The notes beneath the pieces were generated by a model, which was given only the letters and a program-made list of their open reading frames with translations, ran no database searches and was not told the DNA's origin. From contig JBKBRF010000003.1 in the NCBI GenBank assembly GCA_046292385.1, positions 210,231 through 274,230 of the forward strand: 64,000 nucleotides of DNA, in the 5' to 3' direction. Position numbers and translations under genes: made by a program. Shown here piece after piece: positions 51,725 to 62,588 of this stretch; positions within the stretch are counted from its first letter, which is position 1; every line of letters begins with the position of its first letter. This DNA is from Armatimonadota bacterium. GTDB lineage: Bacteria > Armatimonadota > SYMT01.

Positions 51725-52759
51725 GTGATACGAGTGGGAATCATCGGGGCGCGCGGCTTTACGGGGGGAGAGCTGCTCCGCCTGCTGCAGCAGCACCCGG
51801 AGCTCGAGGTCACTTACGCCACCTCGGAGAGCCAGGCGGATACTCCGGTCGCCGCCGCCTACCCCGGCCTGCTCGGCACGACCGATCTCCGCTTCAGCGC
51901 GTTCGACACCGCCGGCGCGCTGGCAGCGGCCGACGCCTTCTTCTTCGCCCGGCCGGACGGCGAAGCGATGGCGATGGTGGCGCCGCTCCTGGAGGCCGGG
52001 CGCAAGGTGGTCGACATCTCCGGCGACTTCCGCGTCCGCGACCGGGAGACGTACGAGCGGTGGTACAAGCGAGAGCACACCTCGCCGGAGCTGCTCGCGT
52101 CGGCCGTCTACGGCCTGCCGGAGCTCCACCCGGAGGTGAAGGACGCGGCGCTGGTGGCGAACCCCGGCTGCTTCCCCTCCGCGAGCCTGCTGGCGGTGGC
52201 GCCGCTCTTCGCCAGGGGTCTCGCCGAGCCGGACTCGCTCGTCGTGGATGCCAAGAGCGGCGTATCCGGCGCGGGCGGGCGGTCGTCGCTCGACCCGGCG
52301 TACTCCTTCGCGGCGATCAGCGACAACTTCCGCGCCTACAACGTGGGCGGCCACCGGCATATCGCGGAGATGGAGCAGGAGCTGGCGGCGCTGCTCGGCG
52401 AGGCGGTGACGATGAGCTTTAGCGCCCACCTGCTGCCGCTCATGCGCGGTATTCTCGCGACCTGCTACGTGACGCTGCGGGAGGAGCCGGGCGACGTGAC
52501 GGGGCTCTACCGGGAATTCTACCGGGACGCGCCGTTCGTCCACGTGCTCGCGGAGACGCTGCCGGAGCTGCGCTACGTGGCCGGCTCCAACGCCTGCCAC
52601 GTGGCGGTGCGGTACGACGCCCGCACCCGGCGCGCGACCTGCCTGAGCGCGATCGACAACCTGGTAAAGGGCGCCGCCGGCTCGGCCATTCAGAACATGA
52701 ACCTCGTGTGCGGCCTGCCGGAGACCGCCGGGCTGCTGCACCCCGCTACGGGGCCGTAG
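51725..52759 (+). CDS. argC: N-acetyl-gamma-glutamyl-phosphate reductase
   Basis: GARGFTGGEL, VANPGCF, SGVSGAG, DNLVKGAAG. Confidence 0.96.
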   Translation: MIRVGIIGARGFTGGELLRLLQQHPELEVTYATSESQADTPVAAAYPGLLGTTDLRFSAFDTAGALAAADAFFFARPDGEAMAMVAPLLEAGRKVVDISGDFRVRDRETYERWYKREHTSPELLASAVYGLPELHPEVKDAALVANPGCFPSASLLAVAPLFARGLAEPDSLVVDAKSGVSGAGGRSSLDPAYSFAAISDNFRAYNVGGHRHIAEMEQELAALLGEAVTMSFSAHLLPLMRGILATCYVTLREEPGDVTGLYREFYRDAPFVHVLAETLPELRYVAGSNACHVAVRYDARTRRATCLSAIDNLVKGAAGSAIQNMNLVCGLPETAGLLHPATGP

Positions 52760-52777
52760 CCGGTCCGCAGACGGCGA

Positions 52778-52834
52778 AAGATCGGGTGCTGGAGGTCGAC
52801 CGCGCGGAGCGGCCCACTTCCAGCACCCGATCTT
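52778..52834. terminator. Bidirectional hairpin between convergent genes
   Basis: aagatcgggtgctggaggt / acttccagcacccgatctt. Confidence 0.6.
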
Positions 52835-52869
52835 CAAGAACCGACTGCCAAGAAGTGTCGGTAGGAGAG

Positions 52870-53061
52870 CTACTCGTTCTGGGACTGGGCGCGCTTTCCC
52901 TGTTCGATAAGCTCCTTGACCTTCTGGCCGCCCTTTCGGCCGATCTCTTCATAGAACCGAGGGCCATGCCGCCGCGCGGTGACCTCGCCCCCCTTCCGCC
53001 CCGCCTCGCGGACGGTCATTCCACCGGACTTTGACTTGCCGGATTTGTCGTTCTGTGCCAT
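52870..53061 (-). CDS. KGG-repeat general stress protein (Em/GsiB-like)
   Basis: MTVREAGRKGG...FYEEIGRKGGQKV; GGAG RBS. Confidence 0.85.
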   Translation of the reverse strand: MAQNDKSGKSKSGGMTVREAGRKGGEVTARRHGPRFYEEIGRKGGQKVKELIEQGKRAQSQNE

Positions 53062-53227
53062 GCCTGTTCTCCTGGATCGGCGACCGGCGCCCCCGGACTC
53101 CTAACCGGCCGCCGGCATTCCGACGCGGGCTCAGCGGTAAAGCAACCGCTCGAGGAGCCACGGTCCCCTTTCGTCCGCTCGGTCTATACCCGGGCGTCTC
53201 AGATGCAAAACGGCGGTAATGCTTTGC

Positions 53228-53256
53228 TTGACCGGTAGAGTGTCGCCAGCTATACT
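53228..53256 (+). promoter_or_regulatory. Sigma70 promoter of argJ-argB
   Basis: TTGACC-17bp-TATACT. Confidence 0.75.
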
Positions 53257-53315
53257 GCGGCTTGTTGCCCCGGCGCTAACTGCGTGCCCGGGGCTTTTCG
53301 GTTTGGTGCCGTCCT

Positions 53316-54524
<1,209 letters not shown>

Positions 54525-54528
54525 GGAA

Positions 54529-54630
54529 GGGTATAGGGTCTAGGGTTTAGGGTTTAGTCACCCCGCCCGTCAGTATGCTTCGTTACCGCAATCGGCCCCT
54601 AGACCCTGACCCCCAGACCCTAGACCCTAG
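54529..54630. repeat. Inverted heptamer repeat (tagggtY / raccctag)
   Basis: gggtatagggtctagggtttagggtttag ... ccctagaccctgacccccagaccctagaccctag. Confidence 0.7.
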
Positions 54631-54633
54631 CCC

Positions 54634-55509
54634 ATGAGCGACACCCTTCGTGCGGAGACCCTGGCGGAAGCGCTTCCTTACATCCAGCAGTGGAGCGGGA
54701 AGACGGTCGTCGTCAAGTACGGCGGCGCGGCGATGACCGACGAGGCGCTGCGCCACCAGGTGATGCAGGACATCGTGCTGATGCACTACGTCGGCGTCCG
54801 GCCGATCCTGGTGCACGGCGGCGGGCCGGAAGTCTCGCAGGCGATGAAGCGGGCGGGCAAGGAGCCGGTCTTCGTCCGCGGCCTCCGCGTCACCGACGCC
54901 GAGACGATCGAGATCGTGGAGATGGTGCTCGCGGGGAAGACGAACAAGGGGATCGTCTCGCTCCTCCACCAGCAGGGCGGCCGCGCCGTGGGCCTCTCCG
55001 GGAAAGACGGCAACCTCTTCGTCGCGGAGAAGATGCGGACACCGGACGGTGCCGACCTCGGCTTCGTGGGCGACGTGGTGGAAGTGAATCCCCACGTGCT
55101 CCAGACCCTGGTGGCCGGCGGGTACATCCCGGTGATCTGCAGCGTGGCGGTCGGCCGCGCGGGCGAGACCTACAACATCAACGCCGACCACGTGGCGGGC
55201 CGCCTCGCCGCCGAGTTGAATGCCGCCAAGCTGGTGCTGCTGACCGACGTGCGCGGGATCCTGGAAGACGTAAGCCGGCCGGAGTCGCTCCTCTCGGAGA
55301 TCACCGCTTCTCGCGCGCGGGAGCTGGTGGCGAGCGGGGTGGTCGACCGCGGCATGATCCCCAAGGTAGAGGCGTGCCTGATGGCGCTCGACGGCGGCGT
55401 GCCGCGCGCGCACATCCTGGACGGTCGCGCGCCCCACAGCCTCCTCACGGAGCTCTTCACCGACCACGGCGTCGGCACGATGATCGTGGCGGATGAAAGT
55501 CAGGGATGA
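54634..55509 (+). CDS. argB: Acetylglutamate kinase
   Basis: EALPYI, KYGGAAM, VHGGGP, GLRVTD, NINAD, GMIPK. Confidence 0.97.
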   Translation: MSDTLRAETLAEALPYIQQWSGKTVVVKYGGAAMTDEALRHQVMQDIVLMHYVGVRPILVHGGGPEVSQAMKRAGKEPVFVRGLRVTDAETIEIVEMVLAGKTNKGIVSLLHQQGGRAVGLSGKDGNLFVAEKMRTPDGADLGFVGDVVEVNPHVLQTLVAGGYIPVICSVAVGRAGETYNINADHVAGRLAAELNAAKLVLLTDVRGILEDVSRPESLLSEITASRARELVASGVVDRGMIPKVEACLMALDGGVPRAHILDGRAPHSLLTELFTDHGVGTMIVADESQG

Positions 55510-55880
55510 ACGCGGAGGTATGAGGGATGAATCCGAACCCTCCGTCAGCGGGAGGTCCTGCTCCTGCTCTTACTCTTGCTCTTGCTCGCTGGCGACCCCC
55601 AGTGCTCCGGCACGTCTGCGCCAGCTGGATCCACGCGGGGTGATTGCCGGCCCGCACGCCGGGCCCTGAAGGACCCGGCTGCCTTTGTTTCGGGAAGCAC
55701 CCTGAAGGGCGCTTGCGCTGCCGCAGGGCCGGCAGGTGAAAGCTTCACCGTCCCGCCGCCCTTCCGGGGGCGCTTCGGCCGCGTTCGGAAAACGAGTACG
55801 AACCTTCCGAGTCCGGATGGTTCGGCTTTAGCCTTTAGCCTTTTGACTTTAGCCTTTAGCGCCCCCCCCGCGTTCATCCC
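55503..55880. mobile_element. MITE-like element with 13-bp terminal inverted repeats
   Basis: gggatgaacgcgg (55503-55515) / ccgcgttcatccc (55868-55880); contains a 31-bp unit repeated at 59856 and (ttagcct)n. Confidence 0.5.
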
Positions 55881-55890
55881 TTGCGCTGTC

Positions 55891-56238
55891 TCAGTCTTCG
55901 CGGTCGAGCTGCTCCAGCAGCGTCTTGCGGTTCTGGTGCTGCTGCTCGTACCGGCGGATCCGGTCGATCTCCTTCTCCGAGAGGTCGTCCAGCTTCCGGG
56001 TGACCTGCTCGACCGTCAGGCGGTCGTAGTCGTCGATCGGCAGGTGGCGGTCGGGCGACTTCCCTTCGCGGTCCTGCTGCTTCGCTTCTTTCGTCTCCCC
56101 GAGCTCCGCGCGCTGCTTGTTCACGATCCGCGCCGCCACCTCTTCTTCCCGTCCCGGGTAGCGGCCTTCTTCCTTGAACTCCTCTTTGAGCTCCTCGTAC
56201 TCGCGCTCTCGCTTCTGGCTCCAGGCTTGCTGCGGCAT
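55891..56238 (-). CDS. Small conserved hypothetical protein
   Basis: KREREYEEL...EEVAARIVNKQR and LPIDDYDRLTVEQV...YEQQHQNRKTLL motifs; AGGAGG RBS. Confidence 0.75.
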   Translation of the reverse strand: MPQQAWSQKREREYEELKEEFKEEGRYPGREEEVAARIVNKQRAELGETKEAKQQDREGKSPDRHLPIDDYDRLTVEQVTRKLDDLSEKEIDRIRRYEQQHQNRKTLLEQLDRED

Positions 56239-56323
56239 CGAACGCCTCCTTTCCGGCGGCCTCACAGCCAGGTCATTCCCGGCTGGAGCGGGTCGTCCAA
56301 CACCGGGGCAGCGGTGGGGCGTG

Positions 56324-56863
56324 TCAATCGGTGTGGCCGGACTGGGCGCGGAGGAGCATGATCGTGCCGGTGAGCACGTGTCCCAGGCCGTTAGCCGCGA
56401 AGACGAACGCCACCAGGCGCGCCGGCTCCGGCCAGAGCACGGCGCTGTAGATCAGCAGCACCGCGAACCAGAAGCCGGCACAGTCCGGGCAGGTGAGCAG
56501 GCCGCCGATGGCGCCGCGCAGCCCCTCCCGGACCGGCTCTTCCTGGAGCTCGCCTTCCTCGTCTTCCCAGACTTCCACAAAGGGCGAGCGCAGCGGGCGC
56601 GCGACGTCGTCGAAGGCGATGATCCTGCCGGCGCGGTAGCTGGCGAGCGCGAAGAGCACCAGGTTGAACGGCGTCAGCAGCGTGCGCAGCTCCGGCAGCG
56701 GCCAGCGCCACCAGATGAGCAGCGCGCTCAGCAGGATGAAGGTGCCCATGATGCCGGCGATCCAGGGCGTGCGGCTGTCGCGCAGCGCCTCCGCCAGCCC
56801 GCTGCGCAACTCGCCCTGCCCCGTCCGGCGCCTCACCGGCAGCCGAAATCGTGCGCTCTGCAT
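56324..56863 (-). CDS. DUF1360-like membrane protein
   Basis: LASYRAGRIIAFDDVARPLRSPF, GGLLTCPDCAGFW; start uncertain. Confidence 0.7.
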   Translation of the reverse strand: MQSARFRLPVRRRTGQGELRSGLAEALRDSRTPWIAGIMGTFILLSALLIWWRWPLPELRTLLTPFNLVLFALASYRAGRIIAFDDVARPLRSPFVEVWEDEEGELQEEPVREGLRGAIGGLLTCPDCAGFWFAVLLIYSAVLWPEPARLVAFVFAANGLGHVLTGTIMLLRAQSGHTD

Positions 56864-57026
56864 CCCGCTTCCGCTCCCTGTCGTCGCCCCGAGGTCCCCT
56901 GCGTTGTACCCAGCCCGCCCGCGCGGCACGCGCGGAAGTGTCGGTTCGGCTCGGTGTCGAAGGCTAGGGGTATACTTGCCTGTGCCGGTGCGCGCGGTAG
57001 GATCGCGCGCCGGGTGGAGGGCCGGG

Positions 57027-57542
57027 ATGCGGGTGTGGACGGCGAGCCCGGAGGAGACCCAGGCACTGGGCGAGCACCTCGGGCGGCTGCTAAGCCGGGG
57101 CGACGTGGTGACCCTCTCCGGGGATCTGGGGGCCGGGAAGACGGCGCTGGCGCAGGGCATTGCGCGCGGGCTGGACGTGCGGGACGTGGTGAGCAGCCCG
57201 ACCTTTTCGCTGGTGCACGAGTACCGGGGGCGGGTGCCGGTGTGGCACCTCGACACCTACCGGCTCGGCAGCGCGGACGAGCTGATCGACCTGAGCTGGG
57301 CCGACCTCCTCGCCGGGGGCGGCGTGATCCTGGTGGAATGGCCGGAGCGGATCGCCGAGGCGCTGCCGGAGAGCCGGCTGGAGATCGAGCTGGCCCACGG
57401 CCAGGGGGACGCGCGGGAGCTGCGGCTGAGGCCTCGCGGCGAGCGGATGCAGCGAGTGGTCGAGCAGCTCGAGCGCTCTTTAGAACTGAGCGGGGGAGTG
57501 GGAGCAAGGGAGAGTGGGGGAGTTGGGAACCCGCTTTCGTGA
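57027..57542 (+). CDS. tsaE: tRNA threonylcarbamoyladenosine biosynthesis ATPase
   Basis: GDLGAGKT, SSPTF, HLDTYRL, VEW. Confidence 0.95.
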   Translation: MRVWTASPEETQALGEHLGRLLSRGDVVTLSGDLGAGKTALAQGIARGLDVRDVVSSPTFSLVHEYRGRVPVWHLDTYRLGSADELIDLSWADLLAGGGVILVEWPERIAEALPESRLEIELAHGQGDARELRLRPRGERMQRVVEQLERSLELSGGVGARESGGVGNPLS

Positions 57543-57582
57543 GCGGCTTCTCAAGCTCGCCCACTCTCCCATTCGCCCATTC
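57496..57582. repeat. Inverted octamer repeat, same family as 2803-2971
   Basis: gagtgggagcaagggagagtggg (57496-57518) identical to 2803-2825; right arm cccactctccc. Confidence 0.65.
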
Positions 57583-57616
57583 AATTCCGACAGAAGCACG
57601 TGATCAGGTAAGACAG

Positions 57617-58321
57617 ATGTGGGTTCTGGGGATCGAGACCTCCGGGGAGCTGGCCGGTCTGGCGGTGGCGGATGAGCAGGGTGTGGCGGCGGAGCTGGCG
57701 TTCCGGCACCGCAACGAGCTTTCGCGCACGCTGGCCGGGCGGGTGGAGGCGGTGCTGGCGCTGGCGGGGATCGAGGTGGGGGACCTGGGCGGCATCGCGG
57801 TGACCGTCGGCCCCGGCTCGTTCACCGGGCTGCGCCTGGGGGTCACCTTCGCCAAGTCGCTCGCGCTGGCGCGGCAGCTTCCGGTGGTCGGGATCGGGGC
57901 CCTGGAGGCGCTGGCGGCGGAGCGTCCCGCGCACCCGGACGCGCTGATCTGTGCGGTGATGAGCGCCTCCGACAAGGACCTCTACGCCGCCCTCTTCCAG
58001 TGGCGCGGCGGGAGGCCGGAGCCGCGCGCGGAGGAGATGCTGCTGCCGGTGCAGGATCTGGCGCAGCGGCTGGCGCGGGCGCCGCTCCACGTGATCCTGG
58101 CGGGACAACCGGGCCCGCACCGGGCGCTGCTCTGCGAGGCCTTGGGCGATCGTCTCTCCGTGCTGCCCTACGACGTCCCGCCCCGCGCCGCCACCGTGGC
58201 GCTCCTGGGTCACATGCGGATCGCGGAGGGGGCGGTGTCCGACCTTCACGCGCTCGGCCCGCGCTACCTGCGGCCGTCCGCCGCGGAAGCGCGACGGGAG
58301 GCGGCGTGCCAGGGCTCGTGA
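57617..58321 (+). CDS. tsaB: tRNA t6A biosynthesis protein TsaB
   Basis: LGIETS, GPGSFTGLRLG, PRYLR. Confidence 0.93.
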   Translation: MWVLGIETSGELAGLAVADEQGVAAELAFRHRNELSRTLAGRVEAVLALAGIEVGDLGGIAVTVGPGSFTGLRLGVTFAKSLALARQLPVVGIGALEALAAERPAHPDALICAVMSASDKDLYAALFQWRGGRPEPRAEEMLLPVQDLAQRLARAPLHVILAGQPGPHRALLCEALGDRLSVLPYDVPPRAATVALLGHMRIAEGAVSDLHALGPRYLRPSAAEARREAACQGS

Positions 58322-58812
58322 TCCGCGCCATGTCTCCGGAAGACCTGGAGGCGGTGTGTGCGATCGACCGGCGCTGCTTCCCGGAGCCGTGGTCGCGGGA
58401 AACCTTCGCGGGAGAGTGCGCCAGTCCGGTTGGCTACTACCGCGTGGCGGAGCTGGAGGGCCGGGTCGCCGGCTACCTGGGCAGCCAGATCATCCCGGAC
58501 GAGGCGCACGTCACCACCTTCGGGGTGGCCCCGGAGCTGCGGCGGCGCGGCGTGGGAGAGCGGCTCCTGGCCGATTTCCTGCTGGCGGCGGTGCAGGCCG
58601 GCTGCCGGCGCATCACGCTGGAGGTGCGGGCCAGCAACCGCGCCGCGGAGCAGCTCTACCGGAAGTGGGGCTTCGCGCCGGTGAGCCGGCGGCGGGGCTA
58701 CTACACCGACAACGACGAGGACGCGATCGTGATGTGGATCGAAGACACCAGCCGCTTCGGCTTCCGGACGATGCTGGAAGAGCGCACGCGCGCGCTGGCG
58801 GCGGAAGGTTAG
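58306..58812 (+). CDS. rimI: Ribosomal protein S18 alanine N-acetyltransferase
   Basis: PWS, RRRGVG, TLEVRASN, RRGYY...EDAIVM; alternative start 58318. Confidence 0.92.
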   Translation: MPGLVIRAMSPEDLEAVCAIDRRCFPEPWSRETFAGECASPVGYYRVAELEGRVAGYLGSQIIPDEAHVTTFGVAPELRRRGVGERLLADFLLAAVQAGCRRITLEVRASNRAAEQLYRKWGFAPVSRRRGYYTDNDEDAIVMWIEDTSRFGFRTMLEERTRALAAEG

Positions 58813-58817
58813 CGCCG

Positions 58818-59825
58818 ATGCGAGTACTTGGAATCGAGTCGTCCTGCGACGAGACCGCCGCGGCGGTGGTGGAGGGCGGCTGGACTGTCCGGAGCAACGT
58901 CATCGCCTCGCAGGCGGAGCTGCACGCGCCGTTCGGGGGCGTGGTACCGGAGATCGCCTCCCGCCGGCACGTGGAGCTGGTGACCCACGTGATCCAGGAA
59001 GCGCTCGACCAGGCGGGGATGAGGCTGGATGACGTGGAAGGGCTCGCCGTCACCAACCGCCCCGGCCTGATCGGCTCGCTGCTGGTCGGCGTCACCGCCG
59101 CCAAGGGCCTGGCGCTCGGCAGCGACCTCCCGCTCGTGGGGGTCCACCACATCGAAGGCCACGTCTTCAGCAGCTTCCTGGCGGAGGGCGGCCCGCAGGT
59201 GCCGGCGGTCGCCCTGATCGCCTCCGGCGGCCACACGGAGCTCTACTATGTGCGCGATCTGCACGACTACTTCGTGATGGGCCGCCGCCGGGACGACGCG
59301 GCGGGGGAGGCGTTCGACAAAGGCGCGCGGCTGCTCGGCCTCGGCAGCGGCGGCGGCGCGGCGCTCGACCGCCTGGCCCGCGAGGGCGACCCGGAGAAGG
59401 TGCCGTTCCCCAAGGCGCGCACGGAGCCGCCGCTCGACTTCAGCTTCAGCGGGGTCAAGACGGCGCTGCTCCGCTTCGTGCAGGAAGACGCGGGGAAGAC
59501 GCCCCTGGCGGAGGTGGCGGCCGGCTATCAGCGCGCGATCGTCGACGCCCTGGCGGAACGCGCCGTGCTGGCCGTGCAGCGCAGCGGGGCGCCGCGGCTG
59601 CTGGTCGGCGGCGGCGTGGCGGCCAACTCCACGCTCCAGGCCCGTCTCCGCGCGGAGGCGGAGCTGCACGGCTTCGAGGTCTCGTTCCCGCCCCCGTCGC
59701 TCTGCACCGACAACGCCGCGATGATCGCCGCCGTCGGCCACAGCCTCCTCGACCGCGGCGTCCGCCATGGCCTCGACCTGGAAACCCAGGCGCGCGCGCC
59801 GCTGACGGAGAAGGTCTACCGGTAG
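58818..59825 (+). CDS. tsaD: tRNA N6-adenosine threonylcarbamoyltransferase
   Basis: LGIESSCDET, GGVVPEIASR, HHIEGH, SGGHT, DAAGEAFDK, CTDNAAMI. Confidence 0.97.
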   Translation: MRVLGIESSCDETAAAVVEGGWTVRSNVIASQAELHAPFGGVVPEIASRRHVELVTHVIQEALDQAGMRLDDVEGLAVTNRPGLIGSLLVGVTAAKGLALGSDLPLVGVHHIEGHVFSSFLAEGGPQVPAVALIASGGHTELYYVRDLHDYFVMGRRRDDAAGEAFDKGARLLGLGSGGGAALDRLAREGDPEKVPFPKARTEPPLDFSFSGVKTALLRFVQEDAGKTPLAEVAAGYQRAIVDALAERAVLAVQRSGAPRLLVGGGVAANSTLQARLRAEAELHGFEVSFPPPSLCTDNAAMIAAVGHSLLDRGVRHGLDLETQARAPLTEKVYR

Positions 59826-59855
59826 GGCCGAAGGCAAAAGGCGAAAGGCAAAAAG

Positions 59856-59886
59856 TCCGAACCCTCCGTGAACGGGAGGTCCTGCT
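59856..59886 (+). repeat. 31-bp dispersed repeat (other copy at 55532-55562)
   Basis: tccgaaccctccgtgaacgggaggtcctgct vs tccgaaccctccgtcagcgggaggtcctgct (2 mismatches). Confidence 0.75.
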
Positions 59887-59939
59887 GCTCTGAAAACAGC
59901 CGTCGAGATTTGGCACGGTGGGTGAGCACTCCGGCGCGG

Positions 59940-60037
59940 CCTAACCCCCCAACCCCCTTCCCTGAAGTGGAAGGGGGAGTCGCGGCATCACACCGATAGC
60001 TTCCCTCTCCTCACAGGAGAGGGAACCGAGGGTGAGG
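59940..60037. repeat. Pair of REP-like palindromes
   Basis: cccccttcc...ggaaggggg and ccctctcct-cac-aggagaggg-...gggtgagg. Confidence 0.6.
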
Positions 60038-60285
60038 CCCCGTGAGCAGGAGCCGCCGCCGCACCTTTCATGGCCGCGGGTGACCCGGAGGACAACTCGT
60101 GCTCGAAGGCGCTCCGGGATAGCTGTGCTCTACGCCAGGAGATCACCGCTGCGCCGCCGGAGGTCTCCCACCCCCTTGCGCCCATTCTCCCACTCAGTCC
60201 GGCGAAAGCCGCGGGTCACTCCCGCAGCTTCTGCCGCACCGGCGGGCGACCGCCGCTCCCGTGCAGCCCCTCAACCGACCGGCGA

Positions 60286-60315
60286 TTGCCGGATACGGAC
60301 GCGGCGTGATACCAT
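60286..60315 (+). promoter_or_regulatory. Putative promoter of lysA
   Basis: TTGCCG-18bp-TACCAT with a TG extended -10. Confidence 0.5.
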
Positions 60316-60378
60316 AGGCCGTTTGCAAGCCCCGGTCGGCCGCTCCGGCCGGGGCCGACCTTCGGAGCAGAGAAGTCG

Positions 60379-61689
60379 ATGCTGTTGCTAGGCACCCAGC
60401 GCGTGAATGCCCAGGGGCACCTCGAGATCGGCGGCGTGGATACCGTCGACCTCGCGCGGGAGTTCGGGACGCCGCTGTACGTGATGGACGAAGCCACGCT
60501 CCGCCGGAACTGCCGGGACTACCTGGCGGCATTCCGGGCGCGCTGGCACGACGTAAAGGTCTCGTTCGCGGGCAAAGCGTTCCTCTGCAAAGGCATCTGC
60601 AAGGTCATCGAGCAGGAAGGGTTCTGCCTCGACGTCGCCTCCGGCGGCGAGCTCTACACGGCGCTGGAGGCCGGCTTCCCCGCGGAGCGGATCTCGGTCC
60701 ACGGCAACAACAAGTCGGTGGAAGAGCTTCAGATGGCGCTCGACGCCCGCGTGGGCCACATCGTGGTCGACAACTTCCTGGAGCTGGACCAGCTCACGGA
60801 GCTGACCCGCGGGCTCTCGGAGCCGCAGTCGGTGCTGCTCCGGGTGGCGCCGGGCATCGATCCTCAGACGCACCGCCGGATCAGCACGGGGCAGGTCGAT
60901 ACCAAGTTCGGGTTCGACGTCGCCAGCGGGGCGGCGCTCGCCGCGCTCAGCCGCGCGCAGGAGATCCCGGGGCTGCGCCTCCGCGGCATTCACTGCCACG
61001 TCGGCTCGCAGCTCCTCGATACCGACTGCCACGTCGACTCGGTGGCGGTGATGGTCGACCTCCTCGCGCAGGTGAAGCGCGACCTCGGCATCGAGCTGGA
61101 AGAGCTGAACATCGGCGGCGGCCTCGGCATCCGGTACCTGCGCGACCACCGGCCGCCGACCCTGGAAGAGTTCGCGGACGCGGTCACCCAGACGCTGCGC
61201 GAGGAGCTGGACCGCCACGGCCTGAAGGCGCCGGTGCTGCTGCAGGAGCCGGGCCGCTCCCTGGTCGGCGAGGCGGGGACCACCCTCTACACCATCGGCT
61301 CCAGCAAGCTCGTCCCGGGCGTGCGCACCTACGTCTCCGTCGACGGCGGCCTGTCGGACAACCCGCGGCCGGCCCTCTACGAGGCGAAGTACGAGGTGCT
61401 GGTGGCGAACAAGGCGGGCCAGCCGCACGACCAGGTGGTCACCGTCGCCGGCAAGCACTGTGAGACCGACATCCTGTTCAAGGACGTGGCCCTTGCCTCT
61501 CCGCGCGCGGGGGACCTGCTGGCGGTGCAGTCGACCGGCGCCTACAACTTCGTGATGGCGAGCAACTACAACCGCTTCCGCCGCCCGCCGGTGGTGCTGG
61601 TGAACGACGGCCGGGCCGACCTCCTGGTGCGCCGCGAGACGTTCGAGGACCTCGTCGCGCGGGACGTGATCCCGTCCCGGTTGCTGTAG
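60379..61689 (+). CDS. lysA: Diaminopimelate decarboxylase
   Basis: GTPLYV, AGKAF, DVASGGEL, HGNNKS, HCHVGSQ, EPGRSLV, GKHCETD, MASNYN. Confidence 0.97.
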   Translation: MLLLGTQRVNAQGHLEIGGVDTVDLAREFGTPLYVMDEATLRRNCRDYLAAFRARWHDVKVSFAGKAFLCKGICKVIEQEGFCLDVASGGELYTALEAGFPAERISVHGNNKSVEELQMALDARVGHIVVDNFLELDQLTELTRGLSEPQSVLLRVAPGIDPQTHRRISTGQVDTKFGFDVASGAALAALSRAQEIPGLRLRGIHCHVGSQLLDTDCHVDSVAVMVDLLAQVKRDLGIELEELNIGGGLGIRYLRDHRPPTLEEFADAVTQTLREELDRHGLKAPVLLQEPGRSLVGEAGTTLYTIGSSKLVPGVRTYVSVDGGLSDNPRPALYEAKYEVLVANKAGQPHDQVVTVAGKHCETDILFKDVALASPRAGDLLAVQSTGAYNFVMASNYNRFRRPPVVLVNDGRADLLVRRETFEDLVARDVIPSRLL

Positions 61690-61696
61690 CTCGTTA

Positions 61697-61778
61697 CAGG
61701 TTATCAGGTTGCAAGTTGCAGGTTCGGCCGTGGCACCGGGAACCGAGAACCTGTAAACCTGGAAACCTGAAACCTGCG
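61697..61778. repeat. Inverted caggtt / aacctg heptamer repeat, same family as 2851-2935
   Basis: caggttatcaggttgcaagttgcaggttc ... gaacctgtaaacctggaaacctgaaacctg. Confidence 0.7.
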
Positions 61779-61934
61779 AACATCCTGACACGGCCCCCGG
61801 AGGAAGCACTATCCTTCGGGGGCCGTCGTGTCTCTGAGAGCGTGGACGGTACGCGTCCGGGGCGGAGGTTCGGAGGATCGGGCAGGCGAACGGGATCACA
61901 TTGCGGTCGGCCCAGCGAGATTGAGAGGCTGAAG

Positions 61935-62216
61935 ATGGATCCGGGTGTCGTGATCGTCTCGGTGGTGGGGACCCTGGCGGTCTACCGCCTGGCGAAGCAG
62001 TGGATAGAGACGCGGGGAAAGTCCGGCGTGAGCCCGGGGCTCTCCGCGGAGGTCGCCGCGCTGCGCCAGGAAGTGCAGCAGCTCAAGCAGCAGAACAACG
62101 ACCTGCTGCTGACGGTCGACAACAGCCTCGATCGCATGGATCGCCGCGTTTCCCACCTGGAGACGCGCCTCGCCGGCCCGGCGGAAGAGCGGCAGCAGAT
62201 CGGCAGCGGCCGGTAA
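61935..62216 (+). CDS. Small TM + coiled-coil protein, paralogue 1
   Basis: N-terminal hydrophobic helix; LKQQNNDLLLTVDNSLDRMDRRVSHLETR; GAGG RBS. Confidence 0.75.
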   Translation: MDPGVVIVSVVGTLAVYRLAKQWIETRGKSGVSPGLSAEVAALRQEVQQLKQQNNDLLLTVDNSLDRMDRRVSHLETRLAGPAEERQQIGSGR

Positions 62217-62258
62217 GCTCCGGAACAGGCAGCGTCTCCAGGCTGCCGGAGAGGTAGA

Positions 62259-62561
62259 ATGCGCGAAGCTGATCTCCTTCTTGTCACCCTGGCAATGCTG
62301 CTTGGGACCGGCACCTTCATCTACCTGGTGCACAGCATCAAGAGCGCGATCCTGGGCCGGGCGAAGGGACGGGTCGACGACGAGCTGCTCGGGGAGATCC
62401 GCGCGCTTCGCATGGAGATGCAGGCGCTGCGGCAGCAGAACAACGAGGTGGTCCTGACGCTCGACAGCAGCCTCGATCGCATGGACCGGCGCCTTTCCTA
62501 CCTGGAGACCCGGCCGCAGCCGCAAGAGCCGGAGCGCCGGCAGATCGGATTGGGCCGCTAG
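62259..62561 (+). CDS. Small TM + coiled-coil protein, paralogue 2
   Basis: LRQQNNEVVLTLDSSLDRMDRRLSYLETR...QIGLGR. Confidence 0.8.
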   Translation: MREADLLLVTLAMLLGTGTFIYLVHSIKSAILGRAKGRVDDELLGEIRALRMEMQALRQQNNEVVLTLDSSLDRMDRRLSYLETRPQPQEPERRQIGLGR

Positions 62562-62588
62562 CGCCCGGGAAGCACGGAGAAACCAGCG

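Noticed and set aside
56174..58321. 715-aa ORF suggesting a fused TsaB
   Set aside because: Only the part from ATG 57617 is TsaB-like; the upstream part overlaps tsaE and minus-strand genes in a non-coding frame.
59826..60378. Lysine riboswitch upstream of lysA
   Set aside because: No recognisable L-box core; the space is filled by repeats, and the putative promoter leaves only a ~55-nt leader.
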